From: Nemertoderma westbladi
Taxonomy: Eukaryota > Animalia > Xenacoelomorpha
DNA length: 40,557 nt
Direction of reading: 5' to 3'
Assembly (NCBI GenBank): GCA_032718475.1
Contig: JAUCBJ010009029.1
Coordinates: 1-40,557, forward strand
Shown here: one piece after another, positions 33,931-40,557 of the stretch
Layout: every line of letters starts with the position of its first letter
Numbering within the stretch: the stretch's first letter is position 1
Notes under the pieces: model-generated
What the model saw: only the letters and a program-made list of their open reading frames with translations
What the model was told of the DNA's origin: nothing
Database searches by the model: none
Program-made: the position numbers and the translations under genes

Positions 33931-35220
33931 ATGGACGACAAGACGGATGATAGTGGCGGTGGATGCCGTCAGATAGAGAATGACGTACTTGCGTATGTGT
34001 GGTGCGCGTATGTACAGGCTGCCTTACCACGCAACGTTATCTGCCAGGTGGTGGACCCATGGCCTAGATTCTCCACTGATATGATAAAGGCCGCCAGAGA
34101 CATACTGTTTTCTAATATCCCAGGATCTGAGAAACATTCAGATGGATTCTCAAAGAAGCGAAAATCCGGTGAGAATCTTTGTAAGTTACTAGTAGAAGAC
34201 ATACTAGAAATGTTTGAATTCAAGTCCTTTGTTGAGTCCGGTGACAAACCAGTGTTTGTCACACGTAACCTGCACAACACACCTCCTTTCTCGCTGAGCA
34301 GTTCGGAAATTATGGTTCTATTATGTAAAGTTGGGGAATTACAAGAGCGTGTAGCTGTGGTAGAAAATCGCCCCATTTGTGGTCATTTGCTTAATGCTAA
34401 CGGTACCGGTACTAGTTCTGTACTATCTGCTACTACTCCTGTGTTTATACCGCAACCCCACCCTCCAGAATCTAAGGATGGGCCGGAAGTGGTTGAAGTT
34501 GTACAAAACCGCGGCAAATTGTATGCTGGGTGTATTGAAAATGGTACAGATAGTAATGGAGGGGGCTGGTCGGGCCCGGTGGGTCGCGACGGGAAGGCAC
34601 ATCCGGCGCACCCGCGCACTCCTCCTCAACCTACTCGTAGTCTTTACCCGGATCGTAGTGGAGACATACCTCCGTCTGGGGGGACCAGGAGGAGTTCCGG
34701 TTAAAACATTGGTCGATAGCAGTCTCGAGGAGGTCCGGCATCTGGCAACCGAAAATCACAGTTTATACGAGGATCATCGACTCGTCATGCATTTAGCACT
34801 GTCGCTCTGATGAGGCGGCTATTTCTATCGGGTTGTGGTTCCGATGTTACGGCGGATGTAATTTCAGATTACGTAAAGAATAATTTATCGTGCGAACTAG
34901 TTAAATGCGATAAGATCTCGCCAGAAGGTGCTACATATTCCTCATTCCGTTTAACTTGTAAGGAACCGGATGATATGAAGTTGCTAGTTCCGGAAGCTTG
35001 GCCCCAGTATTGCCGAATAAGAGAATATATATTCCGCCCACGCCCAGCAGCTAAAGCTGTAAAGGGTGTTGGCGACCTCAAGATGTCTCCGGCGGGAATT
35101 AAGACAACAAGGACTGTTACGGCTCAATCGTCCCGGCTCAGTCTGTCCACGATAGTCCCGGTAATCAGACCGAGGCAAATGATTGACTACCTTTTGCTTT
35201 GGCGGTTTTTAAGTAAATAA
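33931..35220 (+). pseudogene. LINE ORF1 with two premature stops
   Basis: ORFs 33931-34704 and 34810-35220 share a frame, with stops at 34702 and 34717. The C-terminal LFLSG...YSSFRL...WP..CRIREY is homologous to the ORF ending at 6487. Confidence 0.8.
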
Positions 35221-35351
35221 ATGAATAATTATCTAATATTTGTATATATTTATCCCAATATATTTTTATACTATAGTTTAAATTTTTAACCTTTTTATTT
35301 AATAAATTAATTAAATAATTTTAATAATATGTGTAACTACTATAACCAATC

Positions 35352-38240
35352 ATGGGTACACACAATATTAGAATTTCGTCCTATAATTGTAATTCGGTTA
35401 GGACAGCTTCATCACTAGCAACAGTGAAGAAGCTGAATGATACCTCAGACATTGTGCTGTTGCAGGAGCACATGCTCCCTCAACAGGATCTTAGTTTCCT
35501 GTCAACCATCGAAGGAGATTTTATACCGCACGCAAAATCTCCGATTGATTTGTCTACCGGTTTCTTGCGAGGCCGTACATTTGGCGGATTGGCTGTTTTA
35601 GTCAGACAGGAATTTGCAAAACATATAGATTTCATTTAAATTGATGATAACCGTCTCATGCCATTTTGTATTAATTCTTCTGATGGTGCTAAACAATTAG
35701 TTATTAATGTGTATCTTCCATATCGATGTGAAGAAAATTATGATTTGTTTCTAGAATATTTAGGCCGTTTACAAACTTGTTTTGAATCAGTATCAACTAC
35801 AAGTTGTTTTCTGTTAGGCGATTTTAATGCTGCCCCTGGTACAACTTTTTATACGGAGATGCGAGAATGGTGTGACGAATGTGGTCTGTCCATTGTAGAC
35901 ACTAGCCACCTCCCAGCTGACAGTTTTACTTTTGTCAGTGCTGCACACTCTAGTGTTTCATGGTTAGACCACATTGTTTGCTCTATTGGAGCTAGTACTT
36001 CCATTAGTAATATTGCTATTGATTATAATCTGTGTGTTGTTGACCATATACCAATTCGGTGTATTCTTCGCTGTAACTTAGATACGGTAGGCACTGCAGC
36101 TGGTACGCCCCCTAGCGACTGCTCTGGAGTTAATGTCCCGAACTGGGGCAGGGCTACTGCAGAACATTTGCTAGAGTACAGCCGTTCAGTGGATGCTGCA
36201 TTGAGTAATTTAATTATCACGGACAACGTAGGGTTATATTGTAATGATTGTCAGTGTAACAACACTCAACATAATGGGTGCATATCATCGGTCTGGAATT
36301 CCATATCGAATGTTTTGACTACTTGTGCAAACCAAACCTTGCCTAGGAGCAACAAATCTGATAATAACAGGGCGAAAAATCATAACATTCCTGGCTGGAA
36401 TGACAGTGTCAAAGAATATTATGAAATCTCACGAAAATCGTTTGCTGATTGGCGAAATGCTGGTTGCCCTAAGCAAGGTGCGGTTCATAGAGACTACCTA
36501 ACTGCTAGGGCACATTTCAAACGTGTGTTTAGACAATGTAAACATAATGATGCTCGTAATAGGGCTGATAAGTTAGCGACTGCTAACTTGAATAACGATA
36601 GTAAGTCGTTTTGGGATTCGGTAAATAAACAATCTAAAGTTTCAGTACCTTTACCTAACGTTATTGACGGCACAAACGGTGAACCTGAAATATGTGAAAT
36701 GTTTGCGAATGATTATCAATCGCAGTTCAATTGTCATAAGGCTAATAGCAATGAGTCCAATGACGAGGCAACCTCAGACCTGAATAACTTATTTTCGGGG
36801 ATACGGTATAGTGCCGACATTAAAGTTAGTTCAGGTGAAATATCTTGTGCAATTTCAAACTTGAAATGTGGTAAGTCAATGGGGCCAGATGGAATTGCCC
36901 CAGAACACTTATTTCACAGTAAAAGTGACAACCTGAATAATCTATTGGCGTCATTATTCACGTCTATGCTTACTCACGGTTACATGCCCAATGCCATCCT
37001 TGACTGTTTTATTATTCCAATCATTAAGGATAAGAAGGGTCCCATTGACGACCAGTCAAATTATAGGGGTATTGCTATAGCGACAATGATTAGTAAAGTG
37101 TTTGAATATGTAGTTCTTTCTAGAATAGAATCATATTTGATAATGACCGACAATCAATTCGCGTACAAACGTTGTAGTGGAACTGAATTGTGTACGTACA
37201 CTCTATTAGATATAATAGACTACTATTTGTACAACTATTCATCAGTTTATGTTTGCTTTATGGATGCCTCTAAGGCTTTTGATCAAATTGTGCACAAAAC
37301 ATTGTACCAGAAGCTGATAAAGCGTAATGTGCCACTATACATTGTGCGTATGATAGCATATTGGTACTCTAGTCAATCGTTACGTGTTAAATGGGGGTCA
37401 TCATTTTCTACTCCTTTTACAGTGTCTAACGGTATAAAACAGGGTGGAGTGCTCTCTGCATATTTATTCAATGTTTATATGGATGATTTGTCCGTCTTGC
37501 TATCCAAGGCCGGTTTCGGTTGTGCATTGGATGGCAAGAGGGTCAATCATTTGATGTATGCTGATGACCTAAATCTGCTTTCTAATTCCGTTATTGGTTT
37601 GCAAAGCTTGCTTGATATCTGCGAAGATTTTGCCTCGAAACATGGCATCCTCTTCAATCTAAAAAAGACAAAAGTTATGTATTTTGCTTCTAAGCGCACT
37701 GGAATTGTTGGTATGGCTCCAGTCTTTCTACATGGTAAATGTATAATTGAATCTGATATGTTTAAATATCTGGGATACATAATACATCGCACTCGCGATG
37801 ACGATTATGATATCAAGAAAACTATTAGGAGCATTTATGCACGTGCTAATTTATTAATTCGTAAATTTAGTGCCTGTTCTGTATCAGTCAAATGTTGTTT
37901 ATTCCGTGCGTTCCTCACACCACTGTATTGCAACGCTCTGTGGGGGAGACGGAATTACTCATCTTTTGTATATAACCGCGTTAGAGTTGCCTACAATAAC
38001 GCAGCTCGAATACTATTTAAGATTCCCCGACTTTCTAGTGCACAGGTCTCTAACAGCATGTCACAATATTTCGGAGAACATAATTTACCGTGTTTCGTAC
38101 ATATTAGATTCCGTAGTGTAAATATTCTCTTTAATAGGATTTGTTGTTCGATAAACACTGTCGTTAATTCAGTTTATAACGTCACCTACTGTTGTTCTAG
38201 AATCCGCGAAACTTTCGATAATAGTGCATATCTAAATTAA
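35352..38240 (+). pseudogene. LINE ORF2 (APE endonuclease plus reverse transcriptase) with one premature TAA
   Basis: SYNCNS, LLQEH, GDFNA, WLDH, DH.P, GPDGI, NYRGI, DASKAFD, GIKQGGVLS, YADD, YLG. ORFs 35352-35639 and 35658-38240 are in the same frame. Confidence 0.95.
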
Positions 38241-38384
38241 TTTTATTCTTAAATAAATAGTTATTCAATACTGGTATATAATATATATGTAAATCTGTGT
38301 ATCACTATATTTATACTTCTGTGCTATTTACTGTATACTATTTAGCAATTTTACTATGGGCGATGCCTGCAATAAAGAATAAAT

Positions 38385-40250
38385 GTTACCTCTCTGACTG
38401 ACAGCGCAACAGCCCTCTCTCTAAAGCTGGGTGTTTGTCATGTGTTGTCTCCAGCTGATGTTTAGGGCTGCCCTTAGTAGTCTTGTGTAGCAACCATCAA
38501 TTCGTTGTTCAAGTGATTTAGTCAGTGTCCAGGTCTCACCCCTGTATAAAAATACACTTTCCACTGTGGCTCGAAAGAACTTAGTCTTCAGGTGCCTGGA
38601 GAGATCTGATTTCTAGATGGTATCCATTTTTGATAGAGCTACCCAAGCCTTTGCTTCCCTAACTTCTATGTCCTTTTTGCTACTCTCTATCCATGATCCA
38701 AGGTACTGGAAGTCATCGACCTTCCTTAGTTGATTATTATCAATGGTTGTCAAGTTTCCATCAACATTAAAGGTCCTGAATTCGGTATTTGTAGCATTTA
38801 TATGCAATCAATCCTCCTTGCAGCCCTCTCCACTTTATTTAGTAGAAGCTGTGCATCTGCTAGCGTATTAGAGAGCAGGGCGATGTCATCCGCAAAGTCG
38901 GTGTCTGTGACTGTAGTTGCTGGATATCTACTACTTCTGCGTTATTGAAGTGTGAATCCCAGATCTTCACCCTTTGTGGCCGTCCTCATTGCGTAATCCA
39001 GCACAATCACAAATAGTAATGGTGCTAATGTGTTGCCTTGCAGTACGCCAGCCAGGATTGAGAAAAACTCAGTTTCACCATCTGGTGAGAGTACCTGCGC
39101 TTCTGTGTCACAATATAACAATCCAATGCCAGCAACAATTACTTCTGGTATTCCATAAGCTCGTAGGATTTCAAGCATTTTACCTCTATGGATGGAGTCG
39201 AATGCCTTCTTGAAGTCCACAAAAGTCATGACTGCGGGGAGATTCTTTGTCTTAATTCCTTCAATCAGTCTCCATAGTGCAAGTATCTGAGCTATTGTTG
39301 ATCTACTTTGTCGAAATCCGTTTTGGCTCTTACGCAGTAGTTTCTCTATGTGAAGCCTAATCCTATATAGAATCATTTTATTGTATATTTTGGCAGCTAC
39401 CACAAGCAGACAGATCCCACGATAGTTTGTTGGTATGCCAAGGTCTCCTTTCTTGGGGAGAGGCTTTAGTTGACCTTTAGTCCAAATTGGTGGTGGCTTT
39501 TCCCCTTTTAACATCCGGTTGCAAACATTCAATAATGGTCTGTTTAGCACTCCGGTTTTCCATACCTCCATGTTAGCGAATCAATTCCGCTAACCACCCC
39601 ACAAAAGTTAGCTTTAAGCAATATTGGGAACACGAGGTTGACGGGAATGAGAAACCCCAAAGGAGATACACACAATGGGGGTCAGGGGTTACACCTCTGA
39701 GAGAGAGGGAATGACAGCAGCAAGGGGAAACACTCCCAGGGAGGTGAGAGGGCGACAATTAGGTTATCAGCCAATGGGAGGGCAAGCATCGACTGAGTAA
39801 CGTAATACAGCCACTGGTGCAATACATATTACCGGTAACTGTGTTACTAGCTCAGTTTAGCTATTCAGTTCAGTTAGGGCGGAACGGAAACTTCTATAAC
39901 CGTCAACGCCTTCCGCTACTGTGTTATATGCAATACTTTACCAGTAACTGTTTATCACTTCAATCCTATTGACTGTGCTATATCACTATAAATTATATTT
40001 ATACATCGATCAAGAACTTTGGAACTCTTAACCAACCCTTTTATACACACACACGGCGGGGACGCGTAATTAGGAAACCCAATTGGATAAATCGGGATCC
40101 ATCGATCCCGTCACACTCCGCTGGGATTTCATCTAATCCACTCGATTTATTATTGGACATGCTTTTAATGCTTCTTTGGAGTTCGTCAGGTGTGAAATCC
40201 CCTGTTTCTTTAGGTAGTGTCTTGTCATATTTCATTTGGCATATTTGCAA
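38385..40250 (-). mobile_element. RTE-clade LINE fragment (family B), split by a solo LTR
   Basis: KSSGLDEIPAE|VWKT, PKKGD...NYRGI, QNGFR, FVDFKKAFDS, GVLQG, DFADD, FQYLGS, DGCYTRLLR. Confidence 0.92.
39571..40115 (+). mobile_element. Solo LTR of the same BEL/Pao LTR group
   Basis: tgttagcg...gatcccgtcaca, 545 bp. 5-bp TSD ctcca/ctccg with one mismatch. It interrupts the RTE ORF between PAE and VWK. Confidence 0.92.
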
Positions 40251-40481
40251 TGACTAATACAGGCCTAGGAGTGTTACTCTTCCGTTACTGCTAGGGGGAA
40301 TCATTCTCAGTGAGTAACTGCCCTTGGAAATAAGCTGCAAAGCTTTAGGGGTAATCCTATTTGTTATGTTGGACAATACCTTTATACCGGTACATGGTTC
40401 ATGGTGTATTTGTTATTGTTTTTACATAATGTATAAATAAATCTATGACTGCATATTGTTTTCGTATGGGAAATAATTGGT

Positions 40482-40557
40482 TTAACCCTATTAGTACTGG
40501 GCTATAAAATACTGGAGGGGGGGGGGGGGAGGTCATATTGACCCCCCCCCCCCCCCC
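40482..40557. mobile_element. Possible left end of a TTAA-type (piggyBac-like) MITE
   Basis: TTAA followed by CCCT..., then ggggg-aggtcatattgacc-ccccc palindromic tracts. The other end is outside the window. Confidence 0.35.

Larger units (their letters stand above)
33931..38384 (+). mobile_element. Near full-length two-ORF APE-type LINE (clade unresolved: CR1/L2/RTEX-like)
   Basis: ORF1, AT-rich spacer, EN-RT ORF2 and a 3' UTR ending aataaagaataaat. The 5' UTR boundary is not determined. Confidence 0.92.

Overview
This is eukaryotic DNA, most likely from a marine invertebrate (inference from the repeat families). It is almost entirely nested transposable elements and contains no intact host gene. 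It holds: (i) one BEL/Pao pol remnant split into three pieces by a TSD-flanked 1.3-kb DNA transposon and by a doubly truncated LINE; (ii) a complete 6.5-kb non-autonomous BEL/Pao-derived LTR element (12605-19140, 538-bp LTRs, AGATC TSD); (iii) a related BEL/Pao element on the minus strand whose 5' LTR end is triplicated as a 1579-bp unit, plus a related solo LTR; (iv) three copies of an RTE LINE with a (TAG)n tail and a second RTE family; (v) a Penelope-like RT/GIY-YIG element and a CRE-like RLE fragment; (vi) a near full-length two-ORF APE LINE; (vii) two tRNA-derived SINEs, several MITEs and minisatellites. Two minus-strand orphan ORFs (575-1132, 10074-10409) may be remnants of a host gene. 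No CRISPR array, rRNA or true tRNA gene is supported. The most unusual element is the LTR family, with hairpins at both LTR ends, no canonical PBS, a very long low-complexity Gag extension and an internal array of variable-loop hairpins. All family assignments come from motif recognition by eye, not from database searches.
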